Shown piece by piece: positions 9,029 through 17,856 of a stretch of 42,525 nt of DNA. Below the pieces are notes generated by a model. It did not search any database. It was not told where the DNA came from and saw nothing but the letters and a program-made list of their open reading frames with translations. The stretch is from Oleiagrimonas sp. (GTDB lineage Bacteria; Pseudomonadota; Gammaproteobacteria; Xanthomonadales; Rhodanobacteraceae), in contig DASSBH010000071.1 of assembly GCA_035698945.1 (NCBI GenBank), positions 1 through 42,525 of the forward strand. The letters are read 5' to 3'. Position numbers and translations under genes: made by a program. Within the stretch, counting starts at the first letter, position 1. Every line of letters begins with the position of its first letter.

Positions 9029-10192
9029 TCAGCGGTCACGCAGTGCGTCAACAATGTTCAGGCGCATGGCGCGCATGGCCGGCAACCAACCCACAACGAG
9101 GCCGATGACCACCATCAACGCGATGCCGCGCCCCCAAGTGCCGGCGCCGACGCCATGGATCGGCATCATGCCGCCGGAGGCGGCCGCCATGCCCGGCACC
9201 AGGCCTGCGATCAGGCCAAGGCCGATCACGCCGCCGATCAGCAGCATCAGCACGCCCTCGGCCAGCACCATCATCAGCACACTGCGGCTGGAGAAGCCGA
9301 TGGTTTTCAGCACCGCCAGTTCCGAAGTGCGTTCGCGCACAGCCTGCATCATGGTGTTGCCGGTCAAAAGCAGCAGCGTGAAGAACACCGCGCCCATGAT
9401 GGAGGTCACGATCAGGCCGATGTTGGCCATCTGCTTCAGGAACGACGCCTGGAAAGCCTGCTCGGTCTGCGCCTTCGTCTCGTGATCGGAATTGGCCGAA
9501 ATGGCGTCGATGGCCCTGGCGACCTGGTCGGCGTGCGCGGGGTCCTTCACCTGCACCACGAACCAGTGCACCTTGCCCTTGCGATAGGCGTTGTTTTCGT
9601 CGAAGTATTTCCAGTGGAACATCATCAGCTGCTCAAGCCCTTTCGACTCGGGCTTGCGCGCATGGAAAATGCCGGAAATCACGAACGTCCAGGTGCTGTC
9701 GCCGCTGGATTTGGACGGAAAGATGCTCGCCTGCAACGGTATCTTCTGGCCGATTTTCCAGCCGAACTTCTGCGCCACCGCCTGGCCGACGATGATGCCG
9801 GTACGCGTGTTGTCCCAGGCCTTGTGCTGATCCGGCGGCAACACGATTTCCGGATACAGCTTCAGATAATCCGGGCTCACCGCAAAGCTGATCACGTGGT
9901 TCTTCGGATCCTGATAGGTGCCCGGAAACCAGTTCGCGTACGCCACATCCGCCACGCCCTGGACCTGCCGGATCTGCTGGCCGAGGCTTTCCGGCAACGG
10001 CTGCTGCATGGACATGCGCGAATTGACGATCAGGCGACCGGAGCCGGCCACGTTGCCGGTGTCGGTAAACGCCACGCGCACCGTATCGAGCATGCCGAAC
10101 AACAGGAACGCAGCGATGATCGACACCAGCGTCAGAATGGTGCGGGTCTTGCGCCGGAACAGCGCCGCCCAGATCAAGTGAAAATATTTCAT
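9029..10192 (-). CDS. MacB/FtsX-type ABC transporter permease
   Basis: [22 protein letters not shown].., [33 protein letters not shown]; SD GAGG upstream of 10192. Confidence 0.9.
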   Translation of the reverse strand: MKYFHLIWAALFRRKTRTILTLVSIIAAFLLFGMLDTVRVAFTDTGNVAGSGRLIVNSRMSMQQPLPESLGQQIRQVQGVADVAYANWFPGTYQDPKNHVISFAVSPDYLKLYPEIVLPPDQHKAWDNTRTGIIVGQAVAQKFGWKIGQKIPLQASIFPSKSSGDSTWTFVISGIFHARKPESKGLEQLMMFHWKYFDENNAYRKGKVHWFVVQVKDPAHADQVARAIDAISANSDHETKAQTEQAFQASFLKQMANIGLIVTSIMGAVFFTLLLLTGNTMMQAVRERTSELAVLKTIGFSSRSVLMMVLAEGVLMLLIGGVIGLGLIAGLVPGMAAASGGMMPIHGVGAGTWGRGIALMVVIGLVVGWLPAMRAMRLNIVDALRDR

Positions 10193-10212
10193 TGCGATTT
10201 CCTCGACTTGTT

Positions 10213-10327
10213 CCCTTCTCCCCCCGGGAGAAGGTGGCCCAAGGGCCGAATGAGGGTTCGCAGCACGTGCGCCTATGCGCGTCTGGCGAACCCTCACCCC
10301 AACCCCTCTCCCGACGGGAGATGGGCT
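10213..10327. repeat. Multi-hairpin intergenic repeat (CCCTCACCCCAACCCCTCTCCC type)
   Basis: Nested hairpins CCTTCTCCC/GGGAGAAGG, GGCCC/GGGCC, TGAGGGTTCG/CGAACCCTCA and CTCCCG/CGGGAG. Confidence 0.8.
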
Positions 10328-10337
10328 CAATGGGGTT

Positions 10338-11027
10338 TCACGCCAGCGCCTCTTGTTCGACCAGCGTGCCCTTGTCCAGATGCAACGTGTGCTTGGCGCG
10401 CTCGGCCGCCTTGGGATCGTGCGTGACCATCACGATGGTCTTGCCGTGTTCGCGGTTGAGCGTCTGCAGCAAGCCCAGCACGTCCTCGGCCGACTGGCGA
10501 TCCAGGTCGCCAGTCGGCTCGTCGCACACCAGCAGCGTGGGATCGGAGACGATGGCGCGGGCAATCGCGACGCGCTGCTGCTGACCGCCGGAAAGCTCGC
10601 TTGGCTTGTGCGCCGCGCGGTCGGCCAGGCCCACCAGTTGCAAGGCGATGGCCGCGTTGCGCTTGCGCTGCTTGGCCGACAGTTTGGTCAGCAGCAGCGG
10701 CAGCTCCACGTTCTTCTGCGCGCTCAGCATCGGCATCAGGTTGTAGAACTGGAAAATGAAGCCGACGTTGGACGCCCGCCATTTGGCCAGCGCCCCCGCA
10801 CCGAGCTGGTCGATGCGCTTGCCGCCCACCGCAATGCTGCCGCCGCTCGGCGTATCCAGTCCGCCCATCAGGTTCAGCAGCGTGGTCTTGCCCGAACCGG
10901 ACGGCCCCATCAGCGCCAGAAAATCCCCCTCGTCGACCGTCAGGTCGACATGGTGCAGGACTTCCACCTTCTGTTTGCCGCGGGTGTAGGTCTTGGACAG
11001 GTTCTCGATGTCTATCAGGGTAGTCAT
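10338..11027 (-). CDS. ABC transporter ATP-binding protein (LolD/MacB-like)
   Basis: Walker A GPSGSGKT, signature [14 protein letters not shown], Walker [11 protein letters not shown]-loop VTHD. Confidence 0.95.
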   Translation of the reverse strand: MTTLIDIENLSKTYTRGKQKVEVLHHVDLTVDEGDFLALMGPSGSGKTTLLNLMGGLDTPSGGSIAVGGKRIDQLGAGALAKWRASNVGFIFQFYNLMPMLSAQKNVELPLLLTKLSAKQRKRNAAIALQLVGLADRAAHKPSELSGGQQQRVAIARAIVSDPTLLVCDEPTGDLDRQSAEDVLGLLQTLNREHGKTIVMVTHDPKAAERAKHTLHLDKGTLVEQEALA

Positions 11028-11072
11028 GCGACTTCCTCTTGTGCGTGTATGCGAAGAACTTTCCAGCTCACG

Positions 11073-11135
11073 GCAGGGCGGGCACTGCCCGCCGCATCCG
11101 CTCGTTCATGCCATGGCGGGCAGTGCCCGCCCTAC
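11073..11135. repeat. GTAG-type REP doublet (REPIN-like), copy 1
   Basis: GCAGGGCGGGCACTGCCCGCC ... GGCGGGCAGTGCCCGCCCTAC in inverted orientation. Confidence 0.85.
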
Positions 11136-11162
11136 TCGTTTGATGCGTAAATATCGCCGTAA

Positions 11163-12410
11163 TCACGACTTCTCGTGTTGCACCGATGCGCCGTCGCTCA
11201 ACCCCTTTGGCGGCTTGTCTACCACTTCCGCTCCTGCCGGCACACCTTCGGGAATGCGCTTGAGGTCACCGTAGTTTTCCTTCGCCGGCGTCACCTGCAC
11301 GGCATCGACCGTGTCGCCATGCACCACGAACACCACTTGTCGGTGATCGCGCTCGACGATGGCCGTGGCCGGCACCAGCACGCCCTTGGGCGCCTGCTTC
11401 GCTGGCTGCGGCTCCTTGTCCAGGAACGACACGCGCACGCCCATGTCGGGAATGATGCGCGGGTCTTTTTTCTCCAACGCCACGCGCACCTTCACCGTGG
11501 CCTTGCCGCGGTCGGCGGTGGGCACGATCGCGATCACGTGGGCGGGGATCTGCCAGTCCGGATAGGCATCCAACACCGCCGTGGCCGGCATGCCCGGCTT
11601 GACGCGGCTGATGTAGGCCTCGTTGACGTCCACGTCCACTTCCAGCGAATCCATGTCGACGATGGTGCCGACGCCGGTGCGGGTGAAACCGCCGCCGGCT
11701 GCCGAAGGGGCGATGATTTCGCCCACCTGCGCGGTCTTCTGCGTGATCACGCCGGCGAAAGGCGCGCGCACGATGGTGTAGTCGAAGTTGACCTGGGCAA
11801 TTTGTACCTGCGCCTGCGCAACCTTGACCTGCTTGCGCTGAGCATTGAGCTGGGCCTTGAGATTGGCCACCTTGGTACGCGCCTGCTCGGCCTGCTGCTC
11901 GGGCACCAAATGAGTAGCCGCCAATTTGTTCTGGCGTTGCATGTCGCGCTCGGCCTGGGTCAGTTCCACCTGGATCTGACGAGTCTTGGCCTGTGCCGCG
12001 GCCGCGTCCGCCTTGGCCGAGTTCAAGCGCGCCTTTTGCGCGCTGTCTTCCAGCCGCGCCAGTACCTGGCCCTTCTTGACGTGGTCGCCCTCCTCGATCA
12101 GCACCGCGGTCAGGGTGCCGATGATCTGCGCCGATACCGTCGCCTTGCGCCGTGCCGTCACATACCCCGTCGCCTGCAGTACCGCACCTTGCGCATTCGT
12201 TGCCGACGGTGCGACCGCCGTCACCGTATGCACCTCGATGGCGCGCGCCTGCGTCCACCACCAGAAAACGCCGGCCACGATGGCCAGCAGCACGACCAGC
12301 GCCAACACCAACCACGGCCAGCGCCGTGGCGATTCGTCATGATCGTCGCGATGCGCGCGCTCGATGCGCAGCTCTTTCAAGAGATCGCCGTTGTCCACTT
12401 CCACTCCCAT
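11163..12410 (-). CDS. Efflux periplasmic adaptor (MacA/HlyD-like membrane fusion protein)
   Basis: N-terminal TM, LQATGYVTARRKATVSAQIIG..EEGDHVKKGQVLARLE, coiled coil, VRAPFAGVI, ADRGKATVKVRV, IIPDMGVRV. Alternative GTG start at 12398. Confidence 0.92.
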   Translation of the reverse strand: MGVEVDNGDLLKELRIERAHRDDHDESPRRWPWLVLALVVLLAIVAGVFWWWTQARAIEVHTVTAVAPSATNAQGAVLQATGYVTARRKATVSAQIIGTLTAVLIEEGDHVKKGQVLARLEDSAQKARLNSAKADAAAAQAKTRQIQVELTQAERDMQRQNKLAATHLVPEQQAEQARTKVANLKAQLNAQRKQVKVAQAQVQIAQVNFDYTIVRAPFAGVITQKTAQVGEIIAPSAAGGGFTRTGVGTIVDMDSLEVDVDVNEAYISRVKPGMPATAVLDAYPDWQIPAHVIAIVPTADRGKATVKVRVALEKKDPRIIPDMGVRVSFLDKEPQPAKQAPKGVLVPATAIVERDHRQVVFVVHGDTVDAVQVTPAKENYGDLKRIPEGVPAGAEVVDKPPKGLSDGASVQHEKS

Positions 12411-12582
12411 TGCCTGTTCCCGACAAGGCCACGCGACACAGCGTGCCATCGTTGCCGGCAACCACATAAGGGAGAAACATCAAGCCTCGCTGGTGACAGA
12501 TGTCACAAGCCTGTCAATGGAAATGTCCACCGCCCGATCACTCCATCAAGGCGGCAGCCCAGGCACAACATGCCGTGCGGCA

Positions 12583-14118
12583 TCACGCCGAGCGGCGTGC
12601 CTGGGCGCGCGCCACGTCCTGCATGGTCACCTGGTAGGCACAGGCCAGACGCTCGGCGGCGGTTTCCAGCGAGGCTTCGGATGCCGCCGCATAGTGCAGC
12701 AACAAGACGGTATGCGTGAGTGGTTGCAGATGCCAGTCGGCCGCCGACTGCAGCAACAATCCCGTGCGCAAGGCTTCCTCGCGCAGCATGGTGTCCCAGG
12801 TGGCATCCAGTCGCGGCAAATGCACAAGCAGTCGACCCGTCGCCACACGGTTTTCGATCTGGATGCCGGATCCCAGGTGACGGCGCAGGGCGTCGACCAG
12901 CAACCGGCACTTTTGCATCAACTGCTGCGACAGACGCCGCAGGCTGCGCGCGTATTCCCCTTCGGCGAGATAATCCGCCCAGGCGTATTGCCTGAGCGCG
13001 ATGCCGTCGCTGTCGGTCAGCCGTTTGATCGCGTGGAACTTCTCGCGCAACGCCGGCGGCACCACCACGCAGCTCACCTGCATGGCCGGATAGACGGCCC
13101 GCGCGAAATTGTTCATGTAATAGATGACGCGTTCGTGCCGATCCGCACCCTGCAGGGCCGGCAAGACGCGCACGCCGTGGCGGTGGTCGTGATCGAAATC
13201 CTCCTCGACGAGATAGGCCGGGCGCGCATAGGCCCATTCCAGCAACGCCTCGCGCCGCGCGGTGGACATCGTCGCTCCCGTCGGCACGTGACAGGCCGGC
13301 GACACATGAATGACACGCGCCGACTCCAGCCTGTCCGCATGCCGGCTCACGTCCAGGCCTTCCGCATCCGGCGGACAGGCGACCAGATGCGCACCGGCGG
13401 CGGCAAAGGAATTACGCACGCCGGGGCTGCATGGATCCTCCACGCCCACCACCGTGTGCTCGTCCACCAGCACTCGCGCGATCAGGTCGCGTGCCTGCTG
13501 CACGCTGTTGACGATGATCATGTCCTCGATGTTGGCCACCACGCCGCGCTCGCGGTTGAGGTAATCGAGCATGGCTTCGCGCAGGGGCAGCACGCCCGAG
13601 CCGCTCGGCAACTCATCCGGCAGGGCGGTCATGGCCTTGGACAGCGCCCGCCGCCAAGCTTTCAGCGCACGCGTGTCGTAGCTGATGGCGGCGTCGGTGA
13701 GATCCACCACGCCGACGTCGTCGTCCAGCAGATCCAGGGGGTGATCCGCTATCGGCGCCTGCTGCACGCGGGTCGCCATGCGCGACAGCGGTACTTCAGG
13801 CAGCGGCTGCACGACGGGCGCGCGGGATGCCGCCGGCGCACCGGCCATGGCATCCGCTGGCAGCTCCGAGGCCTCCGGCGCCACCGGACGCTCGGCCACG
13901 AAGGTACCCGAGCCGACACGCGTGGTGGTGTAGCCCTCGCTCTCCAGTTGCGAATAAGCCAGCAGCACGACGGTACGCGACACGCCCAATGCGTTGGCCA
14001 CCGAGCGTGTGCCAGGCAGCCGCTCCCCCGGCGGGAAACGGCCTTCGATGATATGTCGGCGAAGCGTCGTGTACACGCGGGTGTACAACGGCCCTTCCCC
14101 TTCCAGTTTTAGAAGCAT
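12583..14118 (-). CDS. MocR/GabR-family transcriptional regulator (GntR HTH plus class I aminotransferase-like domain) with a degenerate PLP site
   Basis: PLYTRVYTTLRRHIIEGRFPPGERLPGTRSVANALGVSR..GSGTFV HTH; VEDPC, HVSPACHVPTGATMS, LVEEDFD, YMNNFARAVYPAMQVS. Confidence 0.9.
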   Translation of the reverse strand: MLLKLEGEGPLYTRVYTTLRRHIIEGRFPPGERLPGTRSVANALGVSRTVVLLAYSQLESEGYTTTRVGSGTFVAERPVAPEASELPADAMAGAPAASRAPVVQPLPEVPLSRMATRVQQAPIADHPLDLLDDDVGVVDLTDAAISYDTRALKAWRRALSKAMTALPDELPSGSGVLPLREAMLDYLNRERGVVANIEDMIIVNSVQQARDLIARVLVDEHTVVGVEDPCSPGVRNSFAAAGAHLVACPPDAEGLDVSRHADRLESARVIHVSPACHVPTGATMSTARREALLEWAYARPAYLVEEDFDHDHRHGVRVLPALQGADRHERVIYYMNNFARAVYPAMQVSCVVVPPALREKFHAIKRLTDSDGIALRQYAWADYLAEGEYARSLRRLSQQLMQKCRLLVDALRRHLGSGIQIENRVATGRLLVHLPRLDATWDTMLREEALRTGLLLQSAADWHLQPLTHTVLLLHYAAASEASLETAAERLACAYQVTMQDVARAQARRSA

Positions 14119-14596
14119 CAATCACTTCCTGGCGCGTGTTCGTGATGTTGAAACCTCGAATCGCACTCTTGTTGTCGGACCGACGCTTCGCATCGAACCG
14201 GTGACCATGCCCCTCCCGTGTACGCAGTGTATAGGACATCCATACCTTACAGAAGGTGACTGAAGGCACGCATGAAAGGCCGGATTGGTATCAGAAAATT
14301 TCTGCTAACTGGTGTCACCCTCTCCACGCAAGAACATAAGCATCTGATATACCGTAGTTTTATGTCAGTGACCCACATCACGGAATCACAAGTGGTCTTA
14401 TCCGAAAAGTAAAGAAGTGGTTATTTACCGCTTTACGGGTCGGGCGCACCCTAGCTGTCGGAGTGATCCTCCATAACGCACTCCGACGCGGTGTTCGTCG
14501 TCACTGACGTCCACAACACCTCCACACACAGTCACCTTTGCCCGTCACGACTGGGCTTGCGGTACTCGCAGCCTGAACGGGTCACTGGGGAGAAAA

Positions 14597-17500
14597 TTGA
14601 TGAAAAACTGCACCCGCAACATACTGCCTCGCCGCAGTACGCTGGCCATGGCGCTGGCTCTGGGCATGGGCGTTTCCGGTTTTGCCTTTGCACAGGCCAC
14701 CACCGGCACCATCTTCGGCAGCGCGCCGGCCGCCGCCGGCGAGACCGTCACGGTGTCGAGCAACAACGGCGTCGTGCGTACGGTGTCGGTCACTGCCGAT
14801 GGCAGCTACACCGTCGCCAACCTGCCGCTGGGCGTGTACACCGTCACCCTGAAGAAGGATGGTTCGGTCGTCGGACAGCACAACAACATCACCATCCACG
14901 TCGGCGCCGGCAGCCAGGTGAACTTCGCTTCCGCCTCGGCGCAGAACGCCCAGCAGCTGGGTGCGGTGCAGGTGACGGCGAACGCCATGCCGGCCATCGA
15001 CGTGACCAGCGTCAGCTCTTCCACCGTGATTACCGCCCAGCAGTTGCAGAAGCTGCCGGTGGGCCACAGCGCCGAGGCCATCGCCCTGCTGTCCCCGGGC
15101 GCCGTGGCTGGTAGCGGCTTCTTCAACAACGCCGTGTCGTTCGGCGGTTCCAGCGTCAGCGAGAACGCCTACTACGTCAACGGCTACAACACGGCCGAGC
15201 CGTACAACAACATCGGGGGCTTCCAGCTGCCCTACGGTTCGATTGCCCAGCAGCAGACCTACACCGGCGGCTACAGCGCCAAGTACGGCCGTTCCGACGG
15301 CGGCGTTATCAACCAGGTCGGCAAGCGCGGCACCAACGAATGGCACTTCGGCGGCAAGATCAGCTGGGCTCCGCGCGCACTGTCTGCCGGCGGCAAGAGC
15401 ATCTACTATCCGATCCAGACAGCGCCCGAGGGCTACACCGTCGTCAACAGCGACAAGCAGGGCACCATGCGTCGCTACCGCGGCAACAACAAGAGCTGGG
15501 AAACCATCTACTCGGCCTACGTGGGTGGCCCGCTGATCGAGGACAAGCTGTTTGCATTCTTCTCGGTGGAAACCTCCAAGGACAAGTACACCAGCGTCAG
15601 CAGCAACGTGCCTCCGGCCACCAAGTCGTTCTACTCCGACCACACCACGCGCACGTACGGCAAGCTGGACTGGAACATCAACGCCAACAACATCCTGGAG
15701 TTGACCTCGCTGACGTCCGATGAGACCAACGGCAAGGGTTCGGTGTACAACTACGACTACGACACCATGCAGGCGACCGACTTCCGCAATGCGCGTGATG
15801 CCCAGGTCACCAACGCCAAGTTCCTGATCGCCAAGTACACCAGCTACATCGGCGACAACGCCACGCTGGACGTCACCTGGGGCCGCGGCGAGTTCAAAAA
15901 CTATTACGAGTACGGCGTCCAAAGCAAGCTGCCGTACATCTACTTTCCGCAGTACCAGCGAGGCGGCGAAGGCAAGACCAACGTGCAGCCGCGTCTGTAC
16001 ACCCATTTGCCGGATGCTTCCAACGCCACGCATGGCTTGCGTGCCGACTTCACCTACCAGTTGGGCGACCACAAGCTGGGCATCGGCATCGACAACATGT
16101 ACTACGCCGCGCATGACCAGGGCAGCCTGATGTCCGGCCCCGGTTACATGTGGATGTACCTGCCTGGCGATCCCAATGAGCCCATCAACGAAGGTCTGGG
16201 CGTCGGCGCTCCGGGTGGCGACGGCTACTACGTCTCCAAGTACATCGTCCAGAACGTCTCGTCCATGTCGATGGAACAGAAGGCGTACTACATCCAGGAC
16301 GTCTGGAATGTCACCAGCAACTTCCAGCTGAATCTGGGTCTGCGCAACGACCACTTCACCAACTACAACAACAAGGGCACGGCCTTTGTCGACGAGAAGA
16401 ACCAGTGGGAGCCGCGCCTGGGCTTCAGCTGGGATGTCAACGGTGATTCCTCGCTGAAAATCTACGGCAATGCCGGTCGTTACTACCTGGCCCTGCCGGA
16501 CAGCGTGGCCGTGCGTGCCGCCAATCCGTCGATCTTCACCAACGAGTACTTCACCTACAACGGTATCGACGAAAACGGCATCCCGCAGAACCTGAAGCCG
16601 GTCGGCGGCCTCAACGGCGCTCCGGCTCCGGGCCCCGTGTCTTCGGATCATGAAACCGGTTCGGACAAGGATCCGCGCACCGTGACCGCGACCGACCTGA
16701 AGGCGCAGTACCAGGACGAGTTCATCCTCGGCTTCGACAAGACCCTGGGCAACAACTGGGTTTACGGCGCCAAGGCGACCTACCGTGTTCTGCAGGCAGC
16801 CATCGACGATGTCTGCGATCCGGGCAGCCTGGAAGCCAAGATGACCGCGATGGGCCTGGACACCTCCGAGTACGCCATCGACAACCCGGGCTGCCGCATC
16901 TTCAATCCTGGCCGCACCAACCATTTCCTGGTGGCGCGCAAGGACGGAAGCGGCTACACCAAGGTTGCCATGAGCACCGAGGACTGGGGCTTCAAGAAGG
17001 GCGCCAAGCGCAAGTACTACGGCCTGGACCTGTACCTGTCGCATCCGTTCGACGGCAAGTGGATGGCTCGCGTGGACTACCTGTTCTCGCGCAGCTGGGG
17101 CAACTCCGAAGGCCAGGTGCGTTCGGACATCGGCCAGAGCGACATCTCCAAGACGCAGGATTGGGATTCCTGGCAGTTGATGGATCATGCCTATGGCTAC
17201 CTGCCCAACCATCGCCGTCACCAGCTGAAGGCGCGCGGCGCCTACCAGATCACGCCTGAGTGGCTGGTTTCCGGTACGTTGCGCATCCAGTCGGGCACGC
17301 CACGTTCCTGCCTGGGTTACTTTGGCACCGGCACCACCGATCCCATCGGTTACGGCGCCAGCTACCACTGGTGCCATGGCGAGCCGATGTCTCCGGGCAA
17401 CAACGGCTTCACCGCATGGACCCACCAGCTGAACCTGGGCGTGCGTTATACCCCGGCCTTTGCCGACCACAAGTTGGCATTCAAGCTGGACGTGTTCAAC

Positions 17501-17638
17501 GTGCTCAACGAGCAGAACGCGCTGCAGGTCGATCCGACCTACGTCGCGGGCAAGGGTGTGGTTTCCGATACCTACGGCATGGGTCAGTACTTCGAGCAGC
17601 CGCGCTACGTGCGTCTGTCGGTGTCCTACGACTACTGA
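14597..17638 (+). CDS. Oar-like TonB-dependent outer-membrane receptor with an N-terminal carboxypeptidase-regulatory-like domain
   Basis: Signal peptide ending AFA-Q, TTGTIFG..DGSYTVANLPLGVYTVT, plug ENAYYVNGYN..YSAKYGRSDGGVINQVGKRG, barrel LNLGLRND..PRLGFSWD, C-terminal FNVLNEQ..PRYVRLSVSYDY. Start is TTG 14597 or ATG 14600; SD GGGGAG. Confidence 0.93.
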   Translation: MMKNCTRNILPRRSTLAMALALGMGVSGFAFAQATTGTIFGSAPAAAGETVTVSSNNGVVRTVSVTADGSYTVANLPLGVYTVTLKKDGSVVGQHNNITIHVGAGSQVNFASASAQNAQQLGAVQVTANAMPAIDVTSVSSSTVITAQQLQKLPVGHSAEAIALLSPGAVAGSGFFNNAVSFGGSSVSENAYYVNGYNTAEPYNNIGGFQLPYGSIAQQQTYTGGYSAKYGRSDGGVINQVGKRGTNEWHFGGKISWAPRALSAGGKSIYYPIQTAPEGYTVVNSDKQGTMRRYRGNNKSWETIYSAYVGGPLIEDKLFAFFSVETSKDKYTSVSSNVPPATKSFYSDHTTRTYGKLDWNINANNILELTSLTSDETNGKGSVYNYDYDTMQATDFRNARDAQVTNAKFLIAKYTSYIGDNATLDVTWGRGEFKNYYEYGVQSKLPYIYFPQYQRGGEGKTNVQPRLYTHLPDASNATHGLRADFTYQLGDHKLGIGIDNMYYAAHDQGSLMSGPGYMWMYLPGDPNEPINEGLGVGAPGGDGYYVSKYIVQNVSSMSMEQKAYYIQDVWNVTSNFQLNLGLRNDHFTNYNNKGTAFVDEKNQWEPRLGFSWDVNGDSSLKIYGNAGRYYLALPDSVAVRAANPSIFTNEYFTYNGIDENGIPQNLKPVGGLNGAPAPGPVSSDHETGSDKDPRTVTATDLKAQYQDEFILGFDKTLGNNWVYGAKATYRVLQAAIDDVCDPGSLEAKMTAMGLDTSEYAIDNPGCRIFNPGRTNHFLVARKDGSGYTKVAMSTEDWGFKKGAKRKYYGLDLYLSHPFDGKWMARVDYLFSRSWGNSEGQVRSDIGQSDISKTQDWDSWQLMDHAYGYLPNHRRHQLKARGAYQITPEWLVSGTLRIQSGTPRSCLGYFGTGTTDPIGYGASYHWCHGEPMSPGNNGFTAWTHQLNLGVRYTPAFADHKLAFKLDVFNVLNEQNALQVDPTYVAGKGVVSDTYGMGQYFEQPRYVRLSVSYDY

Positions 17639-17739
17639 TCGCCACGAAACATGGGCAGGGATGCCCGACCACATAACAAGAAACGTGCAGCAGGGCGTCC
17701 CCACGCCCTGCTGCATACATGAAACTCCCCCCAGAAATC

Positions 17740-17771
17740 GGCCGCCGCTCTCCCACCGGTGGCCTTTTTTT
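17740..17771 (+). terminator. Intrinsic terminator of the TBDR transcript
   Basis: GGCCGCCG-CTCTCCCAC-CGGTGGCC followed by a T7 run. Confidence 0.8.
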
Positions 17772-17856
17772 GTGTCCGAAAACCGGATGTGCCTCGGTCC
17801 CTCGGTTCCGGCGCCGGTGGATGCCTTGCGCAAAAGCAGGCTGCTATGCTGGTGCA

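Noticed and set aside
10193-10330. 46-aa N-terminal extension ([13 protein letters not shown]...) of the ABC permease
   Set aside because: It is the translation of an intergenic repeat; the start at 10192 has an SD and the family-typical N-terminus.
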